Assembly: GCA_964481835.1 (NCBI GenBank)
Contig: CAYZTT010000001.1
Location: 9,964 to 73,963, forward strand
Origin: Candidatus Woesearchaeota archaeon
GTDB lineage: Archaea; Nanobdellota; Nanobdellia; SCGC-AAA011-G17; PNOQ01
Reading direction: 5' to 3'
DNA: 64,000 bases
Shown: piece after piece, positions 48,037 to 58,968 of the stretch
Position numbering within the stretch: position 1 is the first letter of the stretch
How the letters are laid out: each line of letters opens with the position of its first letter
The notes under the pieces: model-generated
Database searches by the model: none
What the model was told of the DNA's origin: nothing
What the model saw: the letters and a program-made list of their open reading frames with translations, nothing else
Translations under genes and position numbers: made by a program

Positions 48037-49887
48037 TTATTTGAACTTCCTTAAGAAAGTTTTGTTTTTTCTTAGATCTAGTGCATGCTCTAAAACCTGT
48101 TTTATATTGTTTACAGGGATTATTTTTATTTTAGCTAATTTGTCTTTTGGCAAAACTATATCTTTTTCATTAGATTTAGGAACAATTACTTGTTTAAGCC
48201 CGGCTTCTACTGCTGCCTCTACCTTTGCATTGACTCCTCCAACTGCCAATACATCCCCTCTAACTGAAAGTGAGCCTGTCATTGCAGTATCCTGTCTTAT
48301 AGGTATCTTCTTTAGTGCAGAAAAGATGGCTGTTGCAACAGCTATTGATGCTGAATCTCCTTCTACCCCCTCATGGGTTTGTAGAAATTGTACATAAATA
48401 TCATATTTCTCTTTGATATCTTCACCAAAATATTTCATAATAATTGCAGATACATTTTTTATCGCTTCTTTGGCTATATTTCCTAAAGACCCGGTTGCAA
48501 TGAATTCTGCTTTTTTCCCTCCAGGAGTGATCTCTGATTCTATTGGGAGTATCATTCCTGAAAAATTAGGTGAAGACCCTAAAACCGCCAGTCCGTTTAC
48601 TCTGCCAATTACGGAATCTTCAGTTTTTATGATATCATATTCTTTTTTTGTTTCTATATATTTATCTGCAATCTGTTTTTCTAATGACCTGGCCATCCTT
48701 TTTGCTTTCTTTATGTGGATTGGTTCTACTAACTTAGCTCCCTCTTCTTGGGCTACATCCCCCGATGCCCTAATTAGTCCTCCAAGATCCCTAAGGTGAA
48801 GTGTTAATTTGTTTGACTTCCCAGATTTTATTTTTGACTCCTGTACAATATCTTTTATTGCTGCAGTTGAAAAATGAGGTATTTTTTTATCTTTTTTTAC
48901 TTCTTGTGCTATGAACCTTGCGATCTTCTTTCTGTTTTTCTCGTTATCATCCATTTCATTATCCATATATATTTCATAACCATACCCGCGTATTCTAGAC
49001 CTTAATGCGGGGTGCATAGTTTTTACAGTCTCTAGGTTTCCAGCAGCTATTAAAACAAAATCACATGGAACTGGTTCTGTCCTTACCATTGCACCAGCAG
49101 ATCTTTCTGATTGTCCAGTTATAGAATATTTTTTCTCTTGGAGTGCTGTTAAAAGCTCTTGTTGGGTCTCAGATCTAAGTGTAGCTATTTCATCAATAAA
49201 TAAAACCCCCCTGTTAGCCCTATGAATCATCCCAGGAACTACTCTCTCGTGTGCAGGGGTTCCAAGCCCGCCAGATTGAAATGGGTCGTGGAGAACATCA
49301 CCAAGTAGTGCGCCTGCATGTGAACCTGTAGCTTCTATGAATGGTGCCTGTTGTGTAGTTTTATGATTAATTATTAATTTGGGTATTCCTTTTTCCCCAG
49401 TTTTCATTTTTTTATTAAGATTGAAAAATATTACAAACATGGCTAAAATTACCATAGACCCTATAAGGGATGCTGCCCCCATAATATCTCCATATTCACT
49501 TCTGATCCACCAAGGGGTAAACATTGTTAATAAAAAAACTATTATTAATAGTATATTTTTACCCTTCATAGAATTCCGATCTTCAAGCTTGAGTGTAGTA
49601 ATTAGTTCTTTCCCCTTCCCAGGTAAAAAGGTTTGAATCTTGGGTACATTTTCATCTTCAGAATTAACTAATGATACCACATCTTGTAAATTTTCTTTAG
49701 GTAATAATTCTGCTAATGCCTGGCCTAACATTGATTTTCCAGTTCCTGGATCCCCAATGAGGAGAACGTGCCTTCTTTGTTTTGCTGCTTTTTTTATAAT
49801 CTCTAAGGCGTGCTCTTGTCCAATAACTTGATCATGTGTTTTTTCAGGAACTGCAATATCCTTTGTAGTTTTAATAATTTTAGGCAT
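48037..49887 (-). CDS. lonB: Archaeal membrane-bound Lon protease (LonB)
   Basis: Walker A GDPGTGKS, a TM insertion inside the AAA module ([15 protein letters not shown]...[10 protein letters not shown]), and a C-terminal S16 domain with catalytic Ser in EGDSASIA plus the Lys dyad. Confidence 0.85.
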   Translation of the reverse strand: MPKIIKTTKDIAVPEKTHDQVIGQEHALEIIKKAAKQRRHVLLIGDPGTGKSMLGQALAELLPKENLQDVVSLVNSEDENVPKIQTFLPGKGKELITTLKLEDRNSMKGKNILLIIVFLLTMFTPWWIRSEYGDIMGAASLIGSMVILAMFVIFFNLNKKMKTGEKGIPKLIINHKTTQQAPFIEATGSHAGALLGDVLHDPFQSGGLGTPAHERVVPGMIHRANRGVLFIDEIATLRSETQQELLTALQEKKYSITGQSERSAGAMVRTEPVPCDFVLIAAGNLETVKTMHPALRSRIRGYGYEIYMDNEMDDNEKNRKKIARFIAQEVKKDKKIPHFSTAAIKDIVQESKIKSGKSNKLTLHLRDLGGLIRASGDVAQEEGAKLVEPIHIKKAKRMARSLEKQIADKYIETKKEYDIIKTEDSVIGRVNGLAVLGSSPNFSGMILPIESEITPGGKKAEFIATGSLGNIAKEAIKNVSAIIMKYFGEDIKEKYDIYVQFLQTHEGVEGDSASIAVATAIFSALKKIPIRQDTAMTGSLSVRGDVLAVGGVNAKVEAAVEAGLKQVIVPKSNEKDIVLPKDKLAKIKIIPVNNIKQVLEHALDLRKNKTFLRKFK

Positions 49888-49914
49888 TTTGTGAATATAG
49901 AAAGTTGAAAAGAA

Positions 49915-50178
49915 TTAGATTATGTCTTCTTCGGCAACAACTATAAAATCACCGATTGCGATTACTGCGCTAAAAGGAATTAATAATCGTCCTTCGTCTG
50001 TTCTTTCCAAATCTAAATTAGAAGCAAGTGATGTTGGACTTTTCAGTTCAAGCTGCAATAGTTCTCCTGTTTTTGTTTCAAAATGAATATTTCCTAAATC
50101 TCCAAATTTCTTTCCAGTCTTACTAACTATTGTTTTTCCAAGAAGATGTTTTGAATATCTTTTATCATTATTTGACAT
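49915..50178 (-). CDS. PRC-barrel domain protein
   Basis: 87 aa. LLGKTIVSKTGKKFGDLGNIHFETKTGELLQL is the typical PRC-barrel core. Confidence 0.45.
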   Translation of the reverse strand: MSNNDKRYSKHLLGKTIVSKTGKKFGDLGNIHFETKTGELLQLELKSPTSLASNLDLERTDEGRLLIPFSAVIAIGDFIVVAEEDII

Positions 50179-50228
50179 TTTAGGGGCCTCCTTAAATAAG
50201 GGAGTATTATCTGCTTTATAAAATTTTC

Positions 50229-50540
50229 TTAATCTACTTCTAGGGCATTAGCCAATGTTTCTCTTAATTCTTCAAATGAAGACTTTATACTGTTCTTTAT
50301 TTCTACTATAAGTGGTTCATCATTAACTGATTGGGCAATAGATGCTCCCGTTTGGATATATTCATTATCTGATTGTATTGCTTGATCAACAGACAGACTG
50401 CCCATTATTGTAAAAAATAAAATCATTACTATAATAGCAATTACAATTAATTTTAATGCAGTTCTTGTGAATAAATGTTTAGATATTTCTAAGACTATTA
50501 CCCCTACTACTATTATAATAATAATTGATATTATATCCAT
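50229..50540 (-). CDS. Small membrane protein
   Basis: 103 aa with two TM helices. Confidence 0.3.
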   Translation of the reverse strand: MDIISIIIIIVVGVIVLEISKHLFTRTALKLIVIAIIVMILFFTIMGSLSVDQAIQSDNEYIQTGASIAQSVNDEPLIVEIKNSIKSSFEELRETLANALEVD

Positions 50541-51003
50541 ATCAATATAATAAGAGTTTTTATTTATAAGGTTTTTTATGGCTGAATAAATCGGGGACTC
50601 CCACCCCTATTTCTATTGGAATTATTGTATTTATGGATGTGATGGGTATTTCATATGGAATTATTTTTTAAGGTATTTTTTGTATGGGGTTTTACGTGTG
50701 TTTAAGTGTATTTTTATTGATTTTTAGTAAAAATTTTTATGTTTCAAATTTATGGTTTAGAAGTCTTGAAAGTGAAGAATTTGATTATATATTATATATT
50801 ATATTTATAAGTTTTATTATTATATATATATTATATTATTATATATATATTTTATAGTGTTACTATTGAAAAGTTTCTATAGGAAGAAGGGGTGTACCCA
50901 TCTGCAAACATGAATCAAGAAAGTTCCATTGGAAATATAGGTCCGTGTCTCTATTTTTTAGTATAGCAATATTTATAATCATAATTTATCAGTCGTTTTT
51001 AAG
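50541..51003. other. Predicted chromosomal replication origin (oriC) with ORB-like repeats and AT-rich unwinding element
   Basis: A 460-bp non-coding region sits immediately upstream of orc1/cdc6. It holds three copies of a (t)tcyatTGGAAt core: 50611-50624 tttctattggaatt, 50651-50663 ttcatatggaatt, and the palindromic 50923-50936 gttccattggaaat. A (ta)n-type AT tract lies at ~50784-50858, and a G-string ggggactcccacccc at 50594-50608. Confidence 0.6.
50971..50978 (+). promoter_or_regulatory. TATA-box-like element for orc1/cdc6 (leaderless spacing)
   Basis: atttataa lies ~26 nt upstream of the ATG at 51004. Confidence 0.3.
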
Positions 51004-52221
51004 ATGACTAAATCAGATATTAATGAATTTTTTGAAGATTATTTGAGTAAGGACGGGTTATTTAGGGATAAGAAAGTATTGCAATCTAGTTACACTCCAG
51101 ATAACATACCTCACAGGGATGCAGAGATAAAAGAAATTGCGAGTATGATGGCGCCTGCACTTAGGGGAGAAAAACCTTCTAATTTATTTTTATATGGGAA
51201 AACTGGGACTGGGAAGACTCTTTCTGTATTGCATGTTGTTGAAAAGTTAAGGAAAATTGCTAAGCAAAAGAATATTAATATGATTATACACACTTTAAAT
51301 TGTAAATTAAAAAAAGTTGCAGATACTGAATATAGGTTGATTTCTAACTTGGCTAGACATTTTGGAGAAGATGTACCTGTTACGGGGTTGGCAACTGATG
51401 AAATCTATAAAAGATTTATAGATAGTATAGATAGTATAGATAATAAAAACCAAAATATAATTTTAGTATTGGATGAAATAGATCAATTAGTTAAAAAAGC
51501 AGGAGATGAGATATTATATAATTTAACAAGGTTAAATTCTGAGCTGAAAAATACACAAATTACATTTGTAGGAATTTCTAATGATTTAAGATTTGCAAAT
51601 GATTTGGATCCAAGGGTAAAATCTTCATTAACTGAAGAAGATATTAATTTCCCATCTTACAATGCACTCCAGTTACAAGACATTTTGAATGAACGAGCAA
51701 AAAATGCATTCAAAGAAGGAAGAATAGAACAAGGCGCAATAGAAAAGTGTGCTGCATTAGCGGCTAGGGAGCATGGAGATGCTAGGAGGGCATTAGATTT
51801 ACTTAGGGTTGCTGGAGAACTCTCTGAGAGGAAAGGATCGGACAAATTATTGATAAATCATATTGATGAAGCAGAAGATAAAATCGAGAGAGACTTAGTT
51901 TCAGATGTAGTGAGTACCTTACCAAAACAATCGCAATTAGTTCTTTTAGCGGCTTTTAGATTATATGGGAAGGATAATTCTAAAATATTTACTGGAGATG
52001 TATATGATTTGTATAAAACTTTATCTTCAAATGTAGGCTTAAAACCATTAACACAGAGAAGGATGTCTGATTTGATTGCAGAATTGGATATGTTGGGAAT
52101 AATAAATGCCAAAGTAATTAGCAAAGGCAGGTATGGTAGGACAAGAGAAATTAGTATGTCCATCCCAGATACAGAGGTTCCAGAATTGATGGGTGCATTA
52201 ACAAAATGGCTGAATCTGTAA
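51004..52221 (+). CDS. cdc6: Orc1/Cdc6 replication initiator
   Basis: AAA+ Walker A YGKTGTGKT, Walker B VLDEID, a C-terminal winged-helix domain, 405 aa. Confidence 0.9.
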   Translation: MTKSDINEFFEDYLSKDGLFRDKKVLQSSYTPDNIPHRDAEIKEIASMMAPALRGEKPSNLFLYGKTGTGKTLSVLHVVEKLRKIAKQKNINMIIHTLNCKLKKVADTEYRLISNLARHFGEDVPVTGLATDEIYKRFIDSIDSIDNKNQNIILVLDEIDQLVKKAGDEILYNLTRLNSELKNTQITFVGISNDLRFANDLDPRVKSSLTEEDINFPSYNALQLQDILNERAKNAFKEGRIEQGAIEKCAALAAREHGDARRALDLLRVAGELSERKGSDKLLINHIDEAEDKIERDLVSDVVSTLPKQSQLVLLAAFRLYGKDNSKIFTGDVYDLYKTLSSNVGLKPLTQRRMSDLIAELDMLGIINAKVISKGRYGRTREISMSIPDTEVPELMGALTKWLNL

Positions 52222-53699
52222 AAGGTATCATTAAGATATTTTTAGATAGGGGATATTTGATCGATCCTGGGTTAATAGATGGGATTGATCTAGATAGCGA
52301 ATTTATTGATAAAAATTTAGAATCAAATGACAGTGGCGAATTATTAATGTTTAATAAAACAATGATGGCTAAACTTCTTGCAAAAAATACCAGTGTCGAA
52401 TTAGAAAAACCATTAATGGAAAAAGATAATGGTCTAAGGCCGTTTAAGATAGTAAAATCTTTTGATAAGAAACCTAGGAAGGTCCAAGTTCAAGATTTTG
52501 TAACACATTATGTAAATCGTTACAACACCTTAAGAACAATACTTCAAAATAGGAATGCATTAATTGCTCCCCTATCTATAAGCAGGATTTTAACAAAGAG
52601 GGAGAGGGATAATGTATCTACTATAGGATTAGTTTATGGAAAGAGGTATACAAAAAATAATAATTTAATTTTAAGATTAGAGGATAATACCGGAACAATA
52701 AATGTGTTAATTAATAGTAATAAACAAGAACTTTTTGAGAAATGCAAAGACATAGTGTTGGATGAGGCAATTGGAGTAAAAGGATCCAATGGAGAAAAAA
52801 TAATTTTTGCTGATGAAGTTTTCTTCCCTGATGTGGTTTTAGGGGGAAAAGAGATGAAAAAATCTGAGAAGGAAGAATATGCCGCCTTCATATCTGATTT
52901 GCATGTTGGTTCTAAGATGTTCTTAGAGGATCAATTTTTAGATTTTATAAAATGGATAAATGGCGAGACTGGTTCTTCTGAACAAAAGGAGATATCTAAA
53001 TCTGTAAAATATCTTTTTGTTATTGGGGATATTGTGGATGGAATTGGCATATATCCCAATCAAGAAGGGGAGTTAAATGTTTTCGATTTGGAGGAACAAT
53101 ACAAATTATGTGCAGAGTTATTGGGAAAGATTCGTAAGGACGTTCAAATTTTTATTTGCCCTGGAAATCATGATGCAATTCGGTTGGCAGAACCTCAACC
53201 TATATTTGATAAGAATATGGCTGAAAGTTTATATAACTTGCAGAATGCAACATTGGTATCTAATCCGGCTACAATAAATATAGGGTCCTATGAAGGATTT
53301 TCTGGGTTTGATGTATTGTTGTATCATGGATATTCATTTGACTATTATATTGACCAAATAGAAAGTATTAGGTTTGGAGGGGGGTATGATAGGGGAGATC
53401 TAGTGATGAAATTTTTACTCCAGAAGAGGCATTTGGCTCCTTCCCATGGATCTACACCCATAATTATTGATACCGATGAAGATAATTTGATTATAGATAA
53501 AGTGCCTGATTTTTTTGCTTCAGGGCATATCCATAAAACTAGTATAAGCAATTATGGAAAAACGACTATGATATCTGGGAGTTGTTGGCAGAGTAGAACA
53601 ACATTTCAGGATAAAGTAGGACACCATCCTGAACCGGGAAGGGTCCCAATTATTAATCTTAAGACTAGGGATGTAAAACTGATGAAATTTTGTGACTAA
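52206..53699 (+). CDS. DNA polymerase II (PolD) small subunit DP1, calcineurin-like phosphoesterase/exonuclease
   Basis: N-terminal OB region, then phosphoesterase motifs GDIVDG, GNHD and GH.H. Its start overlaps the cdc6 stop. Confidence 0.85.
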   Translation: MAESVKGIIKIFLDRGYLIDPGLIDGIDLDSEFIDKNLESNDSGELLMFNKTMMAKLLAKNTSVELEKPLMEKDNGLRPFKIVKSFDKKPRKVQVQDFVTHYVNRYNTLRTILQNRNALIAPLSISRILTKRERDNVSTIGLVYGKRYTKNNNLILRLEDNTGTINVLINSNKQELFEKCKDIVLDEAIGVKGSNGEKIIFADEVFFPDVVLGGKEMKKSEKEEYAAFISDLHVGSKMFLEDQFLDFIKWINGETGSSEQKEISKSVKYLFVIGDIVDGIGIYPNQEGELNVFDLEEQYKLCAELLGKIRKDVQIFICPGNHDAIRLAEPQPIFDKNMAESLYNLQNATLVSNPATINIGSYEGFSGFDVLLYHGYSFDYYIDQIESIRFGGGYDRGDLVMKFLLQKRHLAPSHGSTPIIIDTDEDNLIIDKVPDFFASGHIHKTSISNYGKTTMISGSCWQSRTTFQDKVGHHPEPGRVPIINLKTRDVKLMKFCD

Positions 53700-56600
53700 A
53701 ATGGAAGATAAATCAATGGAGAGATACTTTAAGAGTTTTGACAAATATATTGAGAAATCTTATTCCTTGGCCGACCAAGCTAGAGCCAGGGGATTGGACC
53801 CTGTCAATCAGGTTGAAATTCCACTTGCAAAGAATATGGCAGAGAGGGTCGAAGGACTAATTAGTGTTGCTGCCCCTCAGTTAGGCGGCTCAGGTGTTAG
53901 TGAGAGGATACTTGAATTGGAGAAGGAACATGGGACCCAACATCCGATTATAGCCTTTTTCTTGGCAGAAGAGGTGGCAAAACAAAAATTCTGCAAGTTT
54001 GATAATGAAAAAGATGCCATAGAAATTGGCTTGAGAGTGGGGTTGGCTTACATTACTAATGGGGTTGTGGCTTCTCCTCTGGAAGGATTTGTTAGACTAG
54101 AGCTAAAAGATACGATGGATGGAAAAGGAAAATATTTTGCTCTTTATTTTGGGGGGCCGATACGTAGTGCAGGTACTACTGCCACCTGTTTTTTCGTTGC
54201 GTGTGCAGATTATGTGCGGAGAAAAATGGGATATCTTCCTTACGACCCTACTGAAGATGAAATTAGTAGAACTTTTTCTGAATTAGATTTTTTTCATGAT
54301 AGAATTACAAATTTACAATATATGCCATCCCAAGAAGAGGCAACATATATTACAAAAAATCTCCCCCTTCAAATTGATGGAGATGGTAGTGAGAGATTGG
54401 AGGTTCCAAATTATAAGGATCTCCCTAGAGTAAAATCAAATATACTTAGGAATGGTTTTTGTCTGGTTTATGGAGAATCTTTAGCTTTGAAATGGAAAAA
54501 ATTTTGGGGGAAATTTTCTAAGTGGTGTGATCGTGTAGACATGGAAGACTGGAAATTTGTAGAAGGTTTTGTAAAGCTTCAAGAAAAGATTCGAGCTAAG
54601 AGCACAATAAAAAAGGACTCGGGAGAGGATAAGGTTTTGCCAGATTTTGGATTTATTAAAGATCTTGTTGCAGGGAGACCCGTGTTTGGACACCCATTAA
54701 AACCTGGAGGATTTAGATTGAGGTATGGTAGGTCTAGGATGTCGGGGTTTTCTGTTGATGGATTGCATCCTGCTACGATGGTTGTACTGGACGGGTATGT
54801 GGCTTCTGGAACCCAATTAAAACCTGAGAGGCCTAAGAAGGGGAATACCGTAATTTCTTGTGATTCTATTGAGGGACCAATTGTGCGGTTGAAAAATGGA
54901 AACGTAATTCGTTTAGAGGATGAGGAAACTGCGAAAAAACATAATTTGGATGTTGAAGAGGTCTTGTATCTTGGAGATATATTGGTAGATTATGGGGATT
55001 TTTTAGATAGGGGATCTATGCTTTACCCTCCAGGATATTGTGAAGAATGGTGGTTTAAAGAGTTAGAATCTAAGAATAAATCCCCGGAGGAGATTAATAA
55101 ATTAACTGGGATATCCTTGCCCAACCTGAAGGAAACATTTAGTAACCCAATGCAAACTAAATTATCTGCTGAAGATTGCTTTAAACTTTCTAAAGAATTG
55201 AAGATACCTTTACATCCAAAATATACTTTTCACTGGAAGGGGATCAAGGTTAAAGAATTTTTAGTTCTAGTTCACTGGTTATCCCGGTCTGTTTTGAAAA
55301 AAGAGGAGAAAAAAGTAATTTTGCCATTAGATTATGAGGTGGAAGGATATGAATCTCCAAAAAGAGTTCTTGAACTATTGGGGGTGCCTCATTCTATTGT
55401 GCACCGAGAACATATATTGGTTGAAGGAGAGTGGTCTATTGCCCTTATGGCAAATTTAGGATTATTTGATAAGGAGTCTAAATTTAAGGAAATGGTATCC
55501 TATACCTCAGATAAGAAAAATGTTTTGGGGATTGTGAATAAATTTTCGGATATAGCCATCAAAGATAAATCAGGGATATTTATTGGAGCTAGAATGGGAA
55601 GACCAGAGAAAGCAAAGATGAGGAAATTAACTGGAAGCCCACATTCTTTATTTCCTGTTGGTGAAGAAGGGGGGAGACTTAGATCTTTTCAATCTGCAAA
55701 AGAAATGGGGAGAATAATATCGGATTTCCCTACATATATTTGTAATGGGTGTGGTAAACAGGGGGCCTATAATGTCTGCCCATATTGTGGATCTTTAGAT
55801 ATGAAGAAGATGTTTTATTGTCCGAGATGTGATAAATCAACTGAAGAAGAGAAATGCTCTAAACATCCTCTTGAAAATGGACAAACCGAACATCTAGATA
55901 ACCAGGTGTATAGTCGTAAGGAGATTGACATAAGAGAATATCTAGATTTTGCCATGAAAAAACTAGAGCTTGGGGAACTCCCCCCTTTAGTGAAGGGAGT
56001 TAGGGGAACCTCCAATAAAGAGCACATACCTGAAAATTTAGTTAAGGGGATACTAAGATCGATACACGATATTTATGTTAATAAGGATGGGACGACTAGG
56101 TATGATATGACTGAGATGGCGTTAACACATTTTAGACCATCTGAGATAAGAACCCCTGTAGAAAAACTTAAGGAGTTGGGATATGAACATGATATATATG
56201 GGGAGGAATTGACAAGAGATGATCAAATATTAGAATTAAAGGCACAGGATATTGTTTTGCCTGCATCTCCAGATTCTCCGGATGAGGGGGCAGATGTAAT
56301 TTTATTTAAAGTAACTAAGTTTATTGATGATCTACTTGAGAAATTTTATGGTGTTGAAAAATTCTACAATTTGAAAACTAGATTGGATTTAGTGGGGCAT
56401 ATGGCTATAGGTCTGAGCCCCCATACTTGTGCAGGAATTGTGTGTAGAATTATTGGGTTTTCTAAAATGCAAGGATTAGTTGCACACCCTTATCTACATT
56501 CTATTATGCGTAGAGATTGCGATGGGGATGAAGCAGGCGTTATGATGATGATGGATGCACTCCTTAATTTTTCTAGGAAACTGCTTGGGGGACATAGGGG

Positions 56601-57267
56601 GGCAACACAAGATGAACCACTAGTTTTAACATCTCATCTATTGCCTACTGAGGTTGACGATCAAGTGTATAGTATGGGTATTGCTTGGGAATACCCCCTA
56701 GAATTTTATGAGGCATGTGAAAAATATAAATATCCCTGGGATGTAAAAATAGATACTGTCCAAACAAATATAGATAAAGGAAAACCTTACTCTGGGTTTG
56801 GGTTTACACATAATACTAGTGATATTAATTCTGGGGTGTTATGTAGTTCGTATAAATTATTGCCAACAATGAAAGAGAAGGTAGATGGCCAGATGTATCT
56901 GGCCACCAAACTAAGATCTGCGGACAGAGACGACGTTGCAAGGTTAGTTATCGAGAGACATTTTATTAGGGATTTGAAGGGAAACCTGCGTAAATTTAGT
57001 ATGCAACAATTTAGGTGTGTTGATTGTAATGAGAAGTTTAGAAGACCTCCTTTAGTTGGCAAATGTACTAAATGTGGGGGGAGATTGTTATTTACCATTT
57101 CAGAAGGATCTGTAACTAAATACTTATTGCATATTCTTTTTTTAGCTAAACAATATAATTTGCCCCATTACTCGCAACAATCCATTGAGATATTGAATCA
57201 GAGAGTGGAAAGTGTTTTTGGGAAAGACCCAGAAAAACAAGAAGACTTGGGAAAATGGTTTAGCTAG
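53692..57267 (+). CDS. DNA polymerase II (PolD) large subunit DP2
   Basis: 1191 aa with the conserved DP2 zinc fingers (CNGCGKQGAYNVCPYCG; CVDCNEKFRRPPLVGKCTKCGG) and a catalytic double-psi barrel region. No intein is present. Its start overlaps the DP1 stop. Confidence 0.9.
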   Translation: MTKMEDKSMERYFKSFDKYIEKSYSLADQARARGLDPVNQVEIPLAKNMAERVEGLISVAAPQLGGSGVSERILELEKEHGTQHPIIAFFLAEEVAKQKFCKFDNEKDAIEIGLRVGLAYITNGVVASPLEGFVRLELKDTMDGKGKYFALYFGGPIRSAGTTATCFFVACADYVRRKMGYLPYDPTEDEISRTFSELDFFHDRITNLQYMPSQEEATYITKNLPLQIDGDGSERLEVPNYKDLPRVKSNILRNGFCLVYGESLALKWKKFWGKFSKWCDRVDMEDWKFVEGFVKLQEKIRAKSTIKKDSGEDKVLPDFGFIKDLVAGRPVFGHPLKPGGFRLRYGRSRMSGFSVDGLHPATMVVLDGYVASGTQLKPERPKKGNTVISCDSIEGPIVRLKNGNVIRLEDEETAKKHNLDVEEVLYLGDILVDYGDFLDRGSMLYPPGYCEEWWFKELESKNKSPEEINKLTGISLPNLKETFSNPMQTKLSAEDCFKLSKELKIPLHPKYTFHWKGIKVKEFLVLVHWLSRSVLKKEEKKVILPLDYEVEGYESPKRVLELLGVPHSIVHREHILVEGEWSIALMANLGLFDKESKFKEMVSYTSDKKNVLGIVNKFSDIAIKDKSGIFIGARMGRPEKAKMRKLTGSPHSLFPVGEEGGRLRSFQSAKEMGRIISDFPTYICNGCGKQGAYNVCPYCGSLDMKKMFYCPRCDKSTEEEKCSKHPLENGQTEHLDNQVYSRKEIDIREYLDFAMKKLELGELPPLVKGVRGTSNKEHIPENLVKGILRSIHDIYVNKDGTTRYDMTEMALTHFRPSEIRTPVEKLKELGYEHDIYGEELTRDDQILELKAQDIVLPASPDSPDEGADVILFKVTKFIDDLLEKFYGVEKFYNLKTRLDLVGHMAIGLSPHTCAGIVCRIIGFSKMQGLVAHPYLHSIMRRDCDGDEAGVMMMMDALLNFSRKLLGGHRGATQDEPLVLTSHLLPTEVDDQVYSMGIAWEYPLEFYEACEKYKYPWDVKIDTVQTNIDKGKPYSGFGFTHNTSDINSGVLCSSYKLLPTMKEKVDGQMYLATKLRSADRDDVARLVIERHFIRDLKGNLRKFSMQQFRCVDCNEKFRRPPLVGKCTKCGGRLLFTISEGSVTKYLLHILFLAKQYNLPHYSQQSIEILNQRVESVFGKDPEKQEDLGKWFS

Positions 57268-57318
57268 ATAATTTTAGTTATTGGTGCCGCTGTTATGACC
57301 ATGGGATTTGATAAGTAA

Positions 57319-58527
57319 TTAGAGTAAAAAATAAAGTATTACTGGGAATAGAAGACATCCCATTAGGTGGTTTCTTCCAATTCCTAATTTTACTGGAACG
57401 ATCCCTAGAAATGTAGCAGTTGTTAGTATTAATAGTCCGATGAAATTGCTTGAGAGAATAAATACCATAACAAATATGAGAAATATTATTGATACTAATA
57501 ATTTCCTATAGTTTACTTTTTCTAAAATCTTTGAAAATATTTTCGTTATTCTTATTGTTATGAACACTGCAATTCCTCCAGCGGCCATGGAGGAGGCAAA
57601 GAAGATTAGGAGTTCCATTGGGCCTACATTTTCCATTATTTTAGAGATTATAACTACTGCACCATTTCTTGCTTTATCTAGGAGGTATAATGCAATAAAA
57701 CTTAGTATCATGTTTATTGTGTTTAGGCCCCCTACAAGGACTAAAAAATATTCATTTGTTATCTTTTTATAAAATTCTGAACCAATTATTGCGGCTTGTG
57801 CAGGACCTAGCCCTGGAAGAAAACTACAGAGGGATCCGGCTATTAGTGAAGCCCCCATTGTTTTATTTAATTTAGTTTTGTCTATTCTAGGAAAAGTTAT
57901 TTTCTGTTTTGGTATTCTTGTTTTATCAGAGAGACTAACTATTAAGGTGCTTGTTCCAAATAGTCCTGAGAGAAGGGGAAATAAGGGATTTTTTAGATTT
58001 ACCAACCCTAATGTTGACAAGCCCAATACCCCGGAAAGAAGAAAAATTATCAGAGCCCACATGCGAGATTTTCTTTCTCTTATTATTAGAAATCCAGATG
58101 CGAATATCAAGATATATCCCATTATTTTTTGAAGATAGGGATAAATTGATCCAACTAATATCCCTACTGGATATGAAATCACAATTGCTAATATTAATGC
58201 GAAGAAACTGCCTATTAAAGTTAACATTACTGCTTCGTATCCTCTGCCTTCTAGAAGCATTTTGTGCCCAGGAAGAACTGAGAGGGCATTATCCCCTCCC
58301 TCGGGGGCACCCAAAAAGATGGAAGGAATTGAATCTAAAAATGTGTGGGTTATTGCCATAGATATTATGAATACAGAAATTGTCAATGGAGAGGTTATGT
58401 TTAATAAATATGCAGACATACTGAGCACTAATAAGGATATTAAATTTATGTGGATCCCGGGGATTAGTCCGGTAAAAATTCCAAATAAACAACCCAATGT
58501 AATTGCAATAATTATTTCTAAAAACAT
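57319..58527 (-). CDS. TctA-like (DUF112/COG1784) polytopic membrane protein
   Basis: 402 aa with ~10 TM helices, Gly-rich loops GLIPGIH and PGLGPAQAAI. Confidence 0.4.
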   Translation of the reverse strand: MFLEIIIAITLGCLFGIFTGLIPGIHINLISLLVLSMSAYLLNITSPLTISVFIISMAITHTFLDSIPSIFLGAPEGGDNALSVLPGHKMLLEGRGYEAVMLTLIGSFFALILAIVISYPVGILVGSIYPYLQKIMGYILIFASGFLIIRERKSRMWALIIFLLSGVLGLSTLGLVNLKNPLFPLLSGLFGTSTLIVSLSDKTRIPKQKITFPRIDKTKLNKTMGASLIAGSLCSFLPGLGPAQAAIIGSEFYKKITNEYFLVLVGGLNTINMILSFIALYLLDKARNGAVVIISKIMENVGPMELLIFFASSMAAGGIAVFITIRITKIFSKILEKVNYRKLLVSIIFLIFVMVFILSSNFIGLLILTTATFLGIVPVKLGIGRNHLMGCLLFPVILYFLL

Positions 58528-58532
58528 TTGTG

Positions 58533-58880
58533 TTATCCTGTAACTTGGTCTGCAATTATTTCTAGTTCCCCTTTATATTCGGCCAGTATTCCAATTATAT
58601 CTATTACTTGATTCCTTTCTAAATTGATTGTTGAATTATCTTTGAATAGGATTGCAACCATAATTCCTGTGGAATCTTTTACATTGACTATCATTAATCC
58701 TGGAGTGTCCCCGATGGAGATTATTTCCCCTTCAATTCTTACTATTTTATCTAAATCATCTTTTGATAAATATGAAATCTTGGAGAGATCTACAGAAGTG
58801 GTTTCTGAAATGTAAAAGATTGTTAAAATTCCTATGAGGGACAATATGAGCGATATTTTAAGTAGCGAATTTTCGTTCAT
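58533..58880 (-). CDS. Signal-anchored OB-fold (tRNA_anti/BOF-like) domain protein
   Basis: An N-terminal TM helix, then VRIEGEIISIGDTPGLMIVNVKDSTGIMVAILFKD, typical of an OB-fold. Confidence 0.35.
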   Translation of the reverse strand: MNENSLLKISLILSLIGILTIFYISETTSVDLSKISYLSKDDLDKIVRIEGEIISIGDTPGLMIVNVKDSTGIMVAILFKDNSTINLERNQVIDIIGILAEYKGELEIIADQVTG

Positions 58881-58968
58881 AAAAAGAGGAATTTAGTAGG
58901 ATTATTAATTATTTCTTTTCTAAAAGAGCAATATTTATATATAAAGTCCATTTTTCTCTTTTAATTCC

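Noticed and set aside
50770-50860. A (ta)n / tatatat-rich tract, considered as a microsatellite or CRISPR-like repeat.
   Set aside because: There are no regularly spaced repeat-spacer units. Its position directly upstream of cdc6 and its flanking ORB-like motifs fit an origin duplex-unwinding element instead.
57319-58527. Alternative reading of the 402-aa membrane protein as a Na+/H+ antiporter or permease of a named family.
   Set aside because: Only a generic TctA/DUF112-like resemblance could be seen by eye, with no diagnostic motif, so it is kept as a low-confidence family call.
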